The position numbers were made by a program, and so were the translations under genes. A model generated the notes under the pieces. That model ran no database searches. It was not told the origin of the DNA and worked only from the letters and a program-made list of their open reading frames with translations. A stretch of DNA of 40,415 nucleotides. Origin: a virus. Lineage: Duplodnaviria; Heunggongvirae; Uroviricota; Caudoviricetes. This document shows, one piece after another, positions 1-10,189 of this stretch. The stretch spans positions 1 through 40,415 of the IMG/VR virus record IMGVR_UViG_2551306526_000008; one strand, 5' to 3'. Position 1 is the stretch's first letter; every line of letters starts with the position of its first letter.

Positions 1-933
1 ATGGACAACGACAAAATTGATCAACACAGCGACGAAATTGAAGTTGAGAGCGAAGAAAAAGAGCGCGGCAAAAAAATAGAAATAGATGAAGACCGACTCC
101 CCTCCCGGGCGATGGCAATTCATGAGCATATCCGCCAGGATGGTGAAAAAGAGCTGGAACGCGACGCAATGGCGCTACTGTGGTCAGCCATTGCGGCGGG
201 TCTGTCGATGGGCGCTTCGTTACTGGCAAAAGGGATATTTCATGTCGAACTGGAAGGTGTGCCGGGCAGCTTCTTACTGGAGAATCTCGGTTATACCTTT
301 GGTTTTATTATCGTCATTATGGCCCGCCAGCAATTATTTACCGAAAACACCGTGACTGCGGTACTACCCGTCATGCAAAAACCGACAATGAGCAACGTCG
401 GCTTACTTATGCGATTATGGGGCGTCGTGCTGCTGGGTAATATTCTCGGGACAGGTATTGCTGCATGGGCATTTGAATATATGCCTATCTTCAATGAAGA
501 AACTCGCGATGCATTTGTCAAAATCGGCATGGATGTGATGAAGAACACCCCCAGCGAGATGTTTGCCAACGCGATCATTTCCGGCTGGCTGATCGCCACT
601 ATGGTATGGATGTTTCCTGCAGCAGGTGCGGCAAAGATTGTGGTGATTATATTGATGACCTGGCTTATTGCCCTGGGTGACACCACCCATATCGTGGTCG
701 GTTCTGTTGAAATCCTCTATCTGGTGTTTAACGGTACGCTGCACTGGAGCGATTTCATCTGGCCCTTCGCACTACCTACTTTAGCGGGGAACATCTGCGG
801 CGGCACCTTTATCTTCGCGTTAATGAGTCATGCACAGATTCGTAACGACATGAGCAACAAGCGTAAAGCAGAAGCACGCCAAAAAGCAGAACGTGCGGAA
901 AACATTAAGAAAAATGATAAAAACCCGGCATAA
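1..933 (+). CDS. yfdC: YfdC inner-membrane protein (formate/nitrite transporter family), host gene
   Basis: 310-aa ORF starting at window base 1; N-terminus MDNDKIDQHSDEIEVESEEKERGKK and hydrophobic core match recalled E. coli YfdC, which lies beside argW. Confidence 0.9.
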   Translation: MDNDKIDQHSDEIEVESEEKERGKKIEIDEDRLPSRAMAIHEHIRQDGEKELERDAMALLWSAIAAGLSMGASLLAKGIFHVELEGVPGSFLLENLGYTFGFIIVIMARQQLFTENTVTAVLPVMQKPTMSNVGLLMRLWGVVLLGNILGTGIAAWAFEYMPIFNEETRDAFVKIGMDVMKNTPSEMFANAIISGWLIATMVWMFPAAGAAKIVVIILMTWLIALGDTTHIVVGSVEILYLVFNGTLHWSDFIWPFALPTLAGNICGGTFIFALMSHAQIRNDMSNKRKAEARQKAERAENIKKNDKNPA

Positions 934-1008
934 ATGGCGAGGGTTTAAGCAATCGAGCGGCAGCGTACTTACCCCGCACTCCATTAGCGGGTATACTCAT
1001 GCCGCATT

Positions 1009-1083
1009 GTCCTCTTAGTTAAATGGATATAACGAGCCCCTCCTAAGGGCTAATTGCAGGTTCGATTCCTGCAGGGGACACCA
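1009..1083 (+). tRNA. argW: tRNA-Arg (anticodon CCU), argW
   Basis: 75-nt sequence gtcctcttagttaaatgg...ttgcaggttcgattcctgcaggggacacca with CTCCTAA anticodon loop and GGTTCGATTCC T-arm; ends in CCA. Confidence 0.9.
1069..1083. repeat. attL core: 15-bp direct repeat ctgcaggggacacca (3' end of argW) shared with attR
   Basis: Exact 15-bp match with 39300-39314; integrase gene immediately adjacent. Confidence 0.85.
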
Positions 1084-1199
1084 TTTATCAGTTCGCTACC
1101 ATCCGTACCAGTCCGCAAAATCCCATGAATATCAAGCCTTCCGTAGATTCGCAGTTCGTAATGGTTCGCGTCAGATCGTTGACAGCCGCACTCCATGAC

Positions 1200-1244
1200 G
1201 GGTAAAAAGTGGATAAAATAATTTTACCCACCGGATTTTTACCC
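1200..1244. promoter_or_regulatory. Cluster of GGGTAAAA/TTTTACCC motifs just upstream of int (candidate Int/Xis arm sites or int promoter)
   Basis: gggtaaaaa at 1200-1208 and its inverse ttttaccc at 1223-1229 and 1237-1244; same motif recurs twice beside attR. Confidence 0.4.
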
Positions 1245-2402
1245 ATGCTCACCGTTAAGCAGATTGAAGCAGCAAAGCCGAAAGAAAAACCATACCGCCT
1301 GCTCGATGGTAATGGCCTATACCTTTATGTCCCTGTATCAGGGAAAAAGGTATGGCAGCTTCGCTACAAGATTGACGGTAAGGAGAAAATCCTGACCGTC
1401 GGAAAATATCCGCTTATGACTTTGCAGGAGGCAAGGGATAAAGCATGGACCGCGAGGAAAGACATCTCGGTTGGCATCGATCCGGTAAAAGCGAAAAAGG
1501 CTTCGTCTAACAACAATTCCTTTAGCGCCATTTACAAGGAATGGTACGAGCACAAGAAGCAAGTATGGTCAGTAGGCTATGCAACTGAACTTGCCAAAAT
1601 GTTTGATGACGACATTTTACCCATCATCGGCGGCCTTGAGATTCAGGATATTGAGCCGATGCAACTGCTGGAAGTAATCCGCAGATTTGAAGATCGCGGT
1701 GCAATGGAGCGAGCCAACAAAGCCCGCAGAAGATGCGGCGAGGTTTTCCGTTACGCTATTGTCACTGGTAGGGCTAAATATAACCCGGCACCTGACCTTG
1801 CTGACGCCATGAAGGGATACCGCAAGAAGAACTTCCCATTTTTACCTGCCGACCAGATCCCGGCATTCAACAAAGCACTTGCAACATTTTCAGGAAGTAT
1901 CGTATCGCTCATTGCTACTAAAATTTTACGCTACACCGCCCTAAGAACGAAAGAGCTTCGTTCCATGCTATGGAAGAACGTCGATTTTGAAAACAGGATT
2001 ATCACCATCGACGCCAGTGTGATGAAAGGACGCAAAATTCATGTGGTCCCGATGTCAGACCAGGTGGTTGAACTTCTCACTACGTTAAGCTCCATCACCA
2101 AACCAGTATCAGAGTTTGTTTTTGCCGGGCGCAACGATAAGAAGAAGCCAATCTGCGAGAATGCGGTACTGCTTGTGATCAAACAAATCGGCTATGAGGG
2201 TCTGGAAAGCGGTCACGGATTCAGGCATGAATTCAGCACGATTATGAACGAGCACGAATGGCCTGCTGACGCTATTGAAGTGCAACTGGCACATGCCAAC
2301 GGCGGATCTGTGCGCGGGATTTACAACCATGCTCAGTATCTCGATAAGCGCAGAGAAATGATGCAGTGGTGGTCGGACTGGATTGATGAAAAGGTGGAGT
2401 GA
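1245..2402 (+). CDS. intS: Tyrosine integrase, IntS (KplE1/CPS-53 type)
   Basis: ORF 1209-2402; start moved to MLTVKQIEAAKPKEKPYRLLDGNG, which matches recalled IntS N-terminus; sits next to tRNA attachment site. Confidence 0.9.
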   Translation: MLTVKQIEAAKPKEKPYRLLDGNGLYLYVPVSGKKVWQLRYKIDGKEKILTVGKYPLMTLQEARDKAWTARKDISVGIDPVKAKKASSNNNSFSAIYKEWYEHKKQVWSVGYATELAKMFDDDILPIIGGLEIQDIEPMQLLEVIRRFEDRGAMERANKARRRCGEVFRYAIVTGRAKYNPAPDLADAMKGYRKKNFPFLPADQIPAFNKALATFSGSIVSLIATKILRYTALRTKELRSMLWKNVDFENRIITIDASVMKGRKIHVVPMSDQVVELLTTLSSITKPVSEFVFAGRNDKKKPICENAVLLVIKQIGYEGLESGHGFRHEFSTIMNEHEWPADAIEVQLAHANGGSVRGIYNHAQYLDKRREMMQWWSDWIDEKVE

Positions 2403-2427
2403 CCAACCTTAACCACTATCGGATAGT

Positions 2428-2462
2428 ACAAAGCTTTGCAATCCAGACAAGGCTTTGTTTTG
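2428..2462 (+). terminator. Candidate intrinsic terminator between int and tailspike
   Basis: Inverted repeat acaaagc (2428-2434) / gctttgt (2452-2458) followed by T-rich run. Confidence 0.35.
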
Positions 2463-2493
2463 TCTAAGTTTGGTCACATTAGATGTGAAATCT

Positions 2494-4497
2494 TCAAATC
2501 AGCCCATAAATAACATTATGCAAATGAAGAGAGCCTGCTTCACCGGAAACATCAAAATCAATCCTAACTTTGCTTGCTCCAGGAGGAACAATATCTATTA
2601 ATGCGTAGAAATTCCATGTGGAGCCTGGTGGAATTGTAAATGTTGCTTTTCCCTGAACAGAGTTCCCTTCTTTATCAAAAAACTCAATGCCAGCGATTGT
2701 TGTCACTTGATTCTTAGCCCAAAAACCTAACTGGAAATATCGTCCTGGTGAGCAGTCGGAGCACTCCTGATAAAATTTTGCAGATGCTCCTATAGATGGT
2801 ATTGCTACATACAAAGACCTGGAAAACATAATATCATTTGGAACATCAGAATCCGTTCCTGCTGTAACAACACCTGAACCAGTTTGTTGAAGGCTCCAGT
2901 TAGAGTAGTTTAAAAACTGTCCACTGCCATTCGACAATGAGTTTATGTAAGCACTAACAATGTTACCTTTATCCCAATTTGCTGTTATAAAGCCAGCCCT
3001 GGGATAACAACCATAAGACATTACTTTCTTACTGTTCCCACCAATAATTTGACGCGCAGCAGCACCAGCGGCAATCTCTGTTTGCTCATATAGAGGAAGC
3101 GAACAGTTTGTTAGCGAGACGACCGCATCATCATTTGCAACGATTGGTATAGCTGAATATCCAGATGTAGTTAGCAGCGTTGAATCTTTAATACTCAATC
3201 TGGAACTGCCGCCAACCACAAATGCAACAAAACTTTGACTTGGTTGAAATTCAATGTTGCCATTTGCGTAAACAACTGTTGCGTTATCTTCAATAAAAAC
3301 AGTAGAATCAAAATAACCTTCTTTCTTACCTGCTGGCATAGAGCAACAGTTAAAAATAAATTGACCATTTCTCATGGTCAATGGACCTCCATTATCAACA
3401 ACCCAACAATTATTAAATGTCATTACCTCGCCTGAGTTTGATGGAGAATTAAATATAATTGTGTTGTTTAGACATCTTGATATTGTTACTTTGTCAAATA
3501 AAATTCTATATGAATTATCAAGAAACTCAATTCCAGCAGATGATATGAATGAAGAATTACTTATTCTTAACTCTGCTAATTCACCAGTGCCAATACCGCC
3601 AAGTAAAATCTTTTTAGATCCTAGCATCTTAAAAGATATGCCATCTAAAATTGATGTTGCATTTATTTCATCCCTATTATCATAAGAAATATTAGAGTTG
3701 CTTAACCTAATTGCATAATCACCTGATATCCCATTAATCTCAGTTAAAACGCATTTATTCGATCCTCTTAACCCACCCTTCGCGAAATCAATATCAATTA
3801 AACTCGAGAATTCTCCACTACATGGAACAACGCAATCATAACCTAGAGAGTTTATTTTATTAATAAATAATGCAATATCCCCAGCGCCGCTGTAACCAGC
3901 GTCATATACAGAAAACTCAAGGCTTGGGTTTATTCTCTTCCAATTTACACCGTTACCTTCTAAAACCATTACGTTATCAACTGCAATTGACTTGTCTACA
4001 GCTACAACAAACCCACCACCAAGTTCGAGTCCGGATACGTATGACTTTAAATATAATTTATCAGATATCGACATTCCTTGTATATCTTTAAGGGAGTTAG
4101 CGCTCTCTACCATTCCAATGTATTTGTAGCCAATATTACTTGATAGTTTTATAGATAACTGATCAGGATCATACTTCAGCACATTAGGAAAATAAAACTG
4201 CTGCGCACCATATGCATCATAAACAGCCATAGAATGGCCTTGCACAGTTACGAACTTGGCAATCTGTCCGTTATATACAGGGTAACCAGCAGCGTTAATG
4301 ATGATTGGTTGCGAAACAGGAACGTGAGAGCCATCTTCGTTTTCCACATAAACCTGAATCTGGTTTTCAGGATTTACCGGGTCAGTGTCAATTTTACCGA
4401 TATAAATTTTGCCATTGGCTACGGCTTTAAAAGAACGCGCCATAGTGAAGAGTTGCGATGGCATACTTACTACAACATTGGCTGTAATGTCTGTCAT
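2494..4497 (-). CDS. Tailspike protein: P22 gp9-like N-terminal head-binding domain with divergent receptor-binding/depolymerase body
   Basis: 667 aa; N-terminus [46 protein letters not shown]...VLKYDPDQ closely matches recalled P22 gp9 N-terminus; remainder not P22-like. Confidence 0.85.
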   Translation of the reverse strand: MTDITANVVVSMPSQLFTMARSFKAVANGKIYIGKIDTDPVNPENQIQVYVENEDGSHVPVSQPIIINAAGYPVYNGQIAKFVTVQGHSMAVYDAYGAQQFYFPNVLKYDPDQLSIKLSSNIGYKYIGMVESANSLKDIQGMSISDKLYLKSYVSGLELGGGFVVAVDKSIAVDNVMVLEGNGVNWKRINPSLEFSVYDAGYSGAGDIALFINKINSLGYDCVVPCSGEFSSLIDIDFAKGGLRGSNKCVLTEINGISGDYAIRLSNSNISYDNRDEINATSILDGISFKMLGSKKILLGGIGTGELAELRISNSSFISSAGIEFLDNSYRILFDKVTISRCLNNTIIFNSPSNSGEVMTFNNCWVVDNGGPLTMRNGQFIFNCCSMPAGKKEGYFDSTVFIEDNATVVYANGNIEFQPSQSFVAFVVGGSSRLSIKDSTLLTTSGYSAIPIVANDDAVVSLTNCSLPLYEQTEIAAGAAARQIIGGNSKKVMSYGCYPRAGFITANWDKGNIVSAYINSLSNGSGQFLNYSNWSLQQTGSGVVTAGTDSDVPNDIMFSRSLYVAIPSIGASAKFYQECSDCSPGRYFQLGFWAKNQVTTIAGIEFFDKEGNSVQGKATFTIPPGSTWNFYALIDIVPPGASKVRIDFDVSGEAGSLHLHNVIYGLI

Positions 4498-4633
4498 TTA
4501 ATTTGCTCCAGATACAAGGAATCGCCGCAGCGTAGCTACGGTGAGTATTTGTTTGCTTTTTGCACTACACTTTTTGTGTAGTGCTATCCATCAAGGCCAT
4601 CGCCGCTTAGTTGCTGCGGTGAATTTTGGGCAT

Positions 4634-4660
4634 AAAAAAACCCAGCCGAAGCTGGGTCGT
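4634..4660 (-). terminator. Intrinsic terminator downstream of ant
   Basis: Minus-strand hairpin cccagcttcggctggg followed by U7 (plus strand aaaaaaacccagccgaagctgggtc). Confidence 0.6.
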
Positions 4661-4675
4661 TGCGTTGGTTATCTG

Positions 4676-5599
4676 TCAGTAGTTATGTACTGAAGGAGGT
4701 AATTCTTTATTCTTAAGTCTCATCCATGCGGAAAGATTCGTTGGTCCGTCTGGCTCATTGATATCAACATCTCGTGTGTGATTGATTAAAACGTCTCTCG
4801 CCATTCCGATAACATACGAGAATTCATGACCGTAGTCGTAGCATCTGCCGGAATAGTTCGATTGAATTTGTTTTAATGCCGGATACAGTTCGCGGAATAA
4901 TGCCTGTGAGCGGTTGGCATAATCCCATAGCCATACAAGGCTGTTTGCTTCTTTTGCAGAAAGCTCGTTGGTTTTCTTCTCTTGTTTGCCAATGAACTCA
5001 CCTTCAAGCGGAACTCGAGCTGCAAGTGACAGTGCTTCGGTAAACTGCTCCTCACTGATTTCTTTGTATGAACATCCAAAATGGGATTTCAGTGACGACC
5101 ACATGGTGATCATCGCCTTAGCCTGTTTTTCCTTTGGCAGAGACTGACCGCGACTCATGACGAGTTGTTTAATGGCTTCCTGCTGTTCAGTGGTGATTTT
5201 ACCCGGCAACGCCTTTTTAGCTTTGCGTGGGTTAACTACATGACCTTTAGTCCAGTACTCGTAGAGCACATCGTCACACTCTTCCTGATACTGGATTACA
5301 TTGTCGCGGATTTCAGGGCGGACTTTGTTAGGGCTGATGGTTTGCAACCAGCCATTCAGTTTACGTAAAGCAAGGCAAATCATGGTCTGCACACCGCCAA
5401 CTGAAGGTATTGCGATTTCCACAATACCTTTAGCAAATCTTTGTTTTAACTTTGTAAACTGTGAAGCCCAATCCATACCCATTCCCTCAACGATAGGTTT
5501 CATTGGGGTGTACGGCTCACCGTTGTGATTGACAACATAAAGCTCTGCGCCGTGGAATGGTACATTGATAGTAGATACTGCTGTTGCTATACTTTTCAT
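4676..5599 (-). CDS. ant: Antirepressor Ant (P22 immI)
   Basis: ORF 4676-5665; start chosen at [17 protein letters not shown] (AGGA Shine-Dalgarno upstream), leaving a 68-nt arc-ant spacer as in P22; P22 antirepressor-like N-terminal domain; lies beside arc and mnt. Confidence 0.8.
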   Translation of the reverse strand: MKSIATAVSTINVPFHGAELYVVNHNGEPYTPMKPIVEGMGMDWASQFTKLKQRFAKGIVEIAIPSVGGVQTMICLALRKLNGWLQTISPNKVRPEIRDNVIQYQEECDDVLYEYWTKGHVVNPRKAKKALPGKITTEQQEAIKQLVMSRGQSLPKEKQAKAMITMWSSLKSHFGCSYKEISEEQFTEALSLAARVPLEGEFIGKQEKKTNELSAKEANSLVWLWDYANRSQALFRELYPALKQIQSNYSGRCYDYGHEFSYVIGMARDVLINHTRDVDINEPDGPTNLSAWMRLKNKELPPSVHNY

Positions 5600-5667
5600 G
5601 TCAATATTTCCTAAGACGATTTGTTGATACCGAAGCCCTGACTGTTCCCGCAGTTGGGGCTTCAACT

Positions 5668-5829
5668 TTACGCACCAATGCGCCCTTCCTTCTTAAAGCT
5701 TTCCATTACTCGCTGATAAATCTCAGAATTAACAGACCGACCATTTTCTTCCGCCACCTTGCGTACCAAATCCAATACTTCTTTAGGCCACCGCAAATTG
5801 AACTGTGGCATTTTGCTCATTCCTTTCAT
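5668..5829 (-). CDS. arc: Arc repressor (53 aa)
   Basis: [53 protein letters not shown] is near-identical to recalled P22 Arc; track ORF 5668-5892 trimmed to internal ATG. Confidence 0.9.
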   Translation of the reverse strand: MKGMSKMPQFNLRWPKEVLDLVRKVAEENGRSVNSEIYQRVMESFKKEGRIGA

Positions 5830-5843
5830 GTTCACCTCACAAT

Positions 5844-5864
5844 ATAGGTCCACGGTGGACCTAT
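5844..5864. promoter_or_regulatory. Mnt operator (Omnt) palindrome ataggtccacggtggacctat
   Basis: Perfect 21-bp palindrome between arc and mnt matching recalled P22 mnt operator. Confidence 0.8.
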
Positions 5865-5871
5865 TGAGAAT

Positions 5872-5892
5872 ATAGTAGAGTGCTTCTATCAT
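5872..5892. promoter_or_regulatory. Arc operator (Oarc) within divergent Pant/Pmnt region
   Basis: atagtagagtgcttctatcat is the reverse complement of the recalled P22 arc operator ATGATAGAAGCACTCTACTAT. Confidence 0.8.
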
Positions 5893-5919
5893 GTCAATAC
5901 ACTAACTTGGAGTGATGGC

Positions 5920-6174
5920 ATGGCTAGAGATGATCCGCACTTTAACTTCCGTATGCCTTTGGAAGTAAGAGAAAAATTGAAATTAAGAGCCGAGGCTAAC
6001 GGAAGGTCAATGAACTCTGAGTTATTACAAATCGTTCAGGATGCACTATCAAAACCATCACCGATTACAGGATATCGCGACGAAGCTGAACGCTTGGCTG
6101 ATCAGCAGGCTGAGCAGTTCAAGGCTATAGTGTTTGAGACACTTAAAAAGATTTATGAAAAGGATTTGAAATGA
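5920..6174 (+). CDS. mnt: Mnt repressor
   Basis: MARDDPHFNFRMPLEVREKLKLRAEANGRSMNSELLQIVQDALSKPSP matches recalled P22 Mnt. Confidence 0.9.
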   Translation: MARDDPHFNFRMPLEVREKLKLRAEANGRSMNSELLQIVQDALSKPSPITGYRDEAERLADQQAEQFKAIVFETLKKIYEKDLK

Positions 6175-6506
6175 GATTTCTATCACTGTTCTTGTTAGCA
6201 GTTGTCTCTTCTTCCAGTGCTGAGCTGCGCGAGCTTCAAACGGGTAATGACCTTCTTTACAACATTCAACAAGGTAAAAAGGGTGATGATTTTTCATCGC
6301 TTTACATTACTGGATATTTGCGCGGAGTAACTGACTCATTGATACTAATTGGTTCTCTATGTCCTCCTGATGGCGTTGACATGTATCAATACACCGATAT
6401 CGTTGAGAAATATCTAAACAAAAACCCAGAATCAAGAAATGAGAGTGCAGTTATACTAACCGCCCTAGCAGTAGGAAAAACATTTCCGTGCAAAAAGAAT
6501 CAATAA
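6171..6506 (+). CDS. Hypothetical secreted protein (signal peptide), moron translationally coupled to mnt
   Basis: 111 aa; start overlaps mnt stop (ATGA); N-terminus MRFLSLFLLAVVSSSSA looks like a signal peptide; two Cys in mature part; no recognised family. Confidence 0.6.
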   Translation: MRFLSLFLLAVVSSSSAELRELQTGNDLLYNIQQGKKGDDFSSLYITGYLRGVTDSLILIGSLCPPDGVDMYQYTDIVEKYLNKNPESRNESAVILTALAVGKTFPCKKNQ

Positions 6507-6521
6507 CAATAAGGGCTTAAA

Positions 6522-6911
6522 ATGAAATTGATTATAGCAATGGCTTTCCTTGTCTTCTCGTTTTCTGTCTCAGCAGAGTGCTGGGTCGTTGGAGATATGC
6601 ACGGAATAAGCTATTCAGAACGAAATAATTTTCAACCGGAAGAAGATGGTTTTAGTGGAACATTCATCATTAAGACAAACGGTGAAGATGCCAGTATCAC
6701 ATATTCTGGGACGGATGCGGGCGGCATGGCTTACAAAGCATTGTCTAAAAACTCCATCATTGGAATCGGCGCGAATGGCGAAACTCAACGAGTTATCGAC
6801 TCATGGGTAATACATCCTAATGGAACAGTTTTAATGTCGAAAACCATTTCTGGTTATGGGAATATGGATTCAACCAAAGCTTTTGTTGGAAAAGTAAAAA
6901 GAAAATGTTAA
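6522..6911 (+). CDS. Hypothetical secreted protein (signal peptide), second gene of mnt-linked moron
   Basis: 129 aa; MKLIIAMAFLVFSFSVSAEC signal-peptide-like N-terminus; Cys near both ends of mature protein; starts 16 bp after previous ORF. Confidence 0.6.
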   Translation: MKLIIAMAFLVFSFSVSAECWVVGDMHGISYSERNNFQPEEDGFSGTFIIKTNGEDASITYSGTDAGGMAYKALSKNSIIGIGANGETQRVIDSWVIHPNGTVLMSKTISGYGNMDSTKAFVGKVKRKC

Positions 6912-6935
6912 CGATTGAATCCAATTCCCCATACG

Positions 6936-8777
6936 TTACTGCTGTGTTGCCTCAGTAGCAAGCAGCGGCCTGATGGCATTTGCAGCGTTACTCAACGCTC
7001 TTTCATAGGCTGGCGTTCCAGCTTTAGTGTTTGCCAGACGTAAGAGAGCATTCCTTGCTGCTTTGGACTCATACAAACGCATCATTGCACCAAAGCCAGC
7101 CTCAAGCCCCATTGATACACCAAGAGTCGCAGTTGCGCCAATCGTCCTTATCCTGTTGGCTTGTGATTGCCCCGTCTGAGTTACTACATTTGCGGTGTCT
7201 GACCTTGCTGTTTGCTGTAGAACTTCATGAAGAGCATCAAGCTCTTTCATGTGCTTTCCAGAAAAAATAGTGTTGTAAATTTCACCGCCTGACTGAGATT
7301 TCAGCTTATTAACTTCAGTGATGAACTTGGCTGGAGAGTCACCGGCCTTTTCCGCTATTTTGCTGACGTAAGCTGCACGCATAGCATCTTTCCCTTTATC
7401 ATCCAGGGCGCTCCATATTCGTTTCACGTCAGATGGTTTTCTGCTTAATACAACGGTATTTATAAGTTCAGGACTGGCTTCACTGCTTGCCTTGTTGAGC
7501 TTGTTAGCAATGTTTTTATTAAGCACCTTATTATAAACGTTTGCATAATCAGAATTTGCTTTAAGGTATTTTGCTGCGTCTGATGCACCGAGGTTTTTAG
7601 CAACTGCGTTACGAAGGTCTTTTGACATTGCATTCTCTACCATATTGGTAGCTGCTTTTGCCTGGTTGGGGAAGACCATAGCATCTCCCTGAACATTAGA
7701 TCTAAATGCTGTTCTGTGCTGACGCAAGAGATCAAACGTAACATCCAAATCAGTTGCAGGGTTTGCTAATTCTTCACGTAGGTTACGCAAGGATGTAAGC
7801 AGGCTTTGATTGGCAGACGTCCCAAGCCGTTCCTGTCTTGCGATCGCTGTATTCAGAGCATTCATGGTATTTGTGGTATCAACTGCGGCATTACCCATTT
7901 TATTGGTGACGTCATTGATAACAGCGCCAGCGGCATCCTTCCGCCCCCTTAACGTGGTGGTAAGAGATTTCACCACATCATCAGGGTTGTACTCACCAAA
8001 ACGGTCAAAATAATTACTTACCAGCTTACTACGCGTTGCATATTGCTCCGCTCGCTTTGAGCCTGTCCCGAGCAAAGCCCCCTCGGCATCCTGAGTTAGG
8101 CCGCGAGTGAAAGCATTTTTCGGCGGGATAACATCAGATGTCATTGGTGTCACGCCCATCGATTCTGATGTGGCAATTTTCTTCGCCACTTCTGGCGCAA
8201 TATCACCTTTTATAGCCGTTATTCCACGCCCTATTCCCTTTGCTGCTGCGGAAAGAACACCCTGAGTGGCAAGGTTAACTCCGGCATTTTTAGCTGCATT
8301 TTGTGCGAAATCGCCTTTCTGATTTGCGGCCTCTGCCAGTGATCCAATAGCCATGCTTCCTGCCGTTCCAACTCCTGGAACTAAATACCCACCAATTGTT
8401 TCACCGGCTTGCGCGTAGGGGTCTGTCGGTCTGTCTACTGGACGATAAACATCATCCAAAACCTTGGGTCCACCAAGCCCCTGACTGATTGCATTAATCA
8501 GACTTGCGCCGCCCTGCAATACGTCAAATGGTATGTTTACCAGACCACGACCAGCCTGTTCTGCAATTTGCCCTGCACTTTGACCACCAGTGAGCCAATC
8601 GCCAGCTTGTTGCATCAATGATGGTTCTTCCCGTGTTGGTGCATTATTGGCCTGATTAACTGTTTGTTGCTGAACAGCCTGACCAGCAAAATACTCATCA
8701 ATGGCGGTGCCAATATCTTCGGTGCTCGTACCATCAGGAAAGGTAAATGTCTTACCGTTTGCAGTTACTTTCATCAT
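6936..8777 (-). CDS. Ejection/DNA-transfer protein, P22 gp16-like
   Basis: 613 aa; N-terminus [29 protein letters not shown] as recalled for P22 gp16; P22 gene order. Confidence 0.85.
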   Translation of the reverse strand: MMKVTANGKTFTFPDGTSTEDIGTAIDEYFAGQAVQQQTVNQANNAPTREEPSLMQQAGDWLTGGQSAGQIAEQAGRGLVNIPFDVLQGGASLINAISQGLGGPKVLDDVYRPVDRPTDPYAQAGETIGGYLVPGVGTAGSMAIGSLAEAANQKGDFAQNAAKNAGVNLATQGVLSAAAKGIGRGITAIKGDIAPEVAKKIATSESMGVTPMTSDVIPPKNAFTRGLTQDAEGALLGTGSKRAEQYATRSKLVSNYFDRFGEYNPDDVVKSLTTTLRGRKDAAGAVINDVTNKMGNAAVDTTNTMNALNTAIARQERLGTSANQSLLTSLRNLREELANPATDLDVTFDLLRQHRTAFRSNVQGDAMVFPNQAKAATNMVENAMSKDLRNAVAKNLGASDAAKYLKANSDYANVYNKVLNKNIANKLNKASSEASPELINTVVLSRKPSDVKRIWSALDDKGKDAMRAAYVSKIAEKAGDSPAKFITEVNKLKSQSGGEIYNTIFSGKHMKELDALHEVLQQTARSDTANVVTQTGQSQANRIRTIGATATLGVSMGLEAGFGAMMRLYESKAARNALLRLANTKAGTPAYERALSNAANAIRPLLATEATQQ

Positions 8778-10180
8778 TCCACCGTAAATTGAATGCCTGA
8801 TTTTGAGGTATATGATCCAACCTGATTCCGTGGTTCTCCTGAAGGTGTCGAATCTTGTGCTGGCGCTGCGTCAGTATTCATTGACATATACCGCTTAACG
8901 GCACTCCCCAATGATTCACCTTTTTTAACATCCAACCCCAATATCTGACCGCCATTACGCGATTGTCCAGGGTTGCCATTCGCGCTCATCCACTCGGCTT
9001 TAAACTCATTAAACTGCGCGTTTCGTCGCTCAAGGTTTGCCATTGCATCAAGCCATCTTGCGACCGTCTCAGGGTTATCCATGTCAGTTGGCGCACCCTG
9101 TCGAACGATCTCAACGTCTTTATCCGTTGCTGGGCCGGGAGGTAGGAATTTAAGAACCTGACTGTTAACAAGGGCATTTTGGCGAATGCGCAAATCACGC
9201 AATGTTGTATCGCTTCCGGTAAGTTTTGCGAACATGTTCTGTGCGTTACCGAACAAACCTGTCGTTGGTTTTTCTGCTCTGAACTGTTGAGCAAGAGCAC
9301 TCATAGAATTGGCTGAGTTTGATGATGCTGTAGCATTGTTTACAGCCGTCTCGATGCCTTTTTCCATGTTTACTGACAGCTTAGGTGCTTCGCTAATCAA
9401 CTGCTGAGCCTTTTCCTGCGCTTGCTGCATCTTAAACCCGAACTCTTGCTGATCCAGAGCCAAGCGTTGTGCTGCGATATTGTGCCCAGTCATTGCTGAC
9501 TGATAGGAAAGGTTTTGCCCTCTCGCCTGAAGTGCTTCACCAGCCTGATTGCTGCGGATTGTCTCTGCCAGTCTGCCTCGGTCAATCTCACGACCAGCCA
9601 TCTTGTCCTGAACATTGAAGTAGTCAATCGGACCGAGAGCAGCCATCCCAAGGTGATCAACAAACTCACCAAATCCTGAAGGATTCTGCTGATACATCTG
9701 AGCAACGCTGTTAGGGTCAACACCGACGCGAGTCAGTTCCTTGGCGTTGTTTTGCAGCCATGATTGCATTGCTTCTGGAGACGATGACGCAAGGCGTGCG
9801 CCAGCCGCTAAGGTGCCGATAGAATTACGCTGGTCTTCATCAATGAATCCCATGCCTTTACGAACGGATTCAATCTGGTCTGGATATTGAGTAGCCAACT
9901 GACGCAAAGCACCGCGATCACCAGACGCATAAGCATTAGCGTATGCCTGCTGAAATTCTTTCTGCCGCTGAGCCTGCTTTTCCTGCTGAAACACCCCCGC
10001 AATACCTGAAAGGCCTTGCAAAGCAGTCAGCCCAACATTGTTAGCGCCTGAACGCTCAATATCATTGTTCTGCCTGATAAGCTGAAGCGTATTGCCGATG
10101 TCATTTACGCTCGGAGCGTTTGAGTTGACGCCGCCGATACCAGCCAACAATCCGCCGTTTGTTCCTTGCCAAGTAGCCAT
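8774..10180 (-). CDS. Ejection protein, P22 gp20-like
   Basis: 468 aa, [11 protein letters not shown]-terminus; position between gp16 and gp7. Confidence 0.8.
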   Translation of the reverse strand: MATWQGTNGGLLAGIGGVNSNAPSVNDIGNTLQLIRQNNDIERSGANNVGLTALQGLSGIAGVFQQEKQAQRQKEFQQAYANAYASGDRGALRQLATQYPDQIESVRKGMGFIDEDQRNSIGTLAAGARLASSSPEAMQSWLQNNAKELTRVGVDPNSVAQMYQQNPSGFGEFVDHLGMAALGPIDYFNVQDKMAGREIDRGRLAETIRSNQAGEALQARGQNLSYQSAMTGHNIAAQRLALDQQEFGFKMQQAQEKAQQLISEAPKLSVNMEKGIETAVNNATASSNSANSMSALAQQFRAEKPTTGLFGNAQNMFAKLTGSDTTLRDLRIRQNALVNSQVLKFLPPGPATDKDVEIVRQGAPTDMDNPETVARWLDAMANLERRNAQFNEFKAEWMSANGNPGQSRNGGQILGLDVKKGESLGSAVKRYMSMNTDAAPAQDSTPSGEPRNQVGSYTSKSGIQFTVE

Positions 10181-10189
10181 GATTACCCC

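Noticed and set aside
291-744. Minus-strand ORFs (131 and 109 aa) inside yfdC
   Set aside because: Antisense to a well-supported host membrane protein gene; hydrophobic mirror translations typical of artefacts.
1209-1244. Upstream ATG extending the integrase by 12 residues
   Set aside because: The extension runs through the GGGTAAAA repeat region, and the MLTVKQ start matches the recalled IntS N-terminus.
2403-2493. Expectation of O-antigen modification genes (gtr or oac) between int and tailspike as in P22 and Sf6
   Set aside because: Only about 90 bp of non-coding sequence with a terminator-like hairpin lies here; no such cargo is present.
5600-5665. Upstream ATG extending ant by 22 residues
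   Set aside because: The internal start has a good Shine-Dalgarno and reproduces the P22-like arc-ant spacing; the extension would abut the arc stop. Kept as an alternative only.
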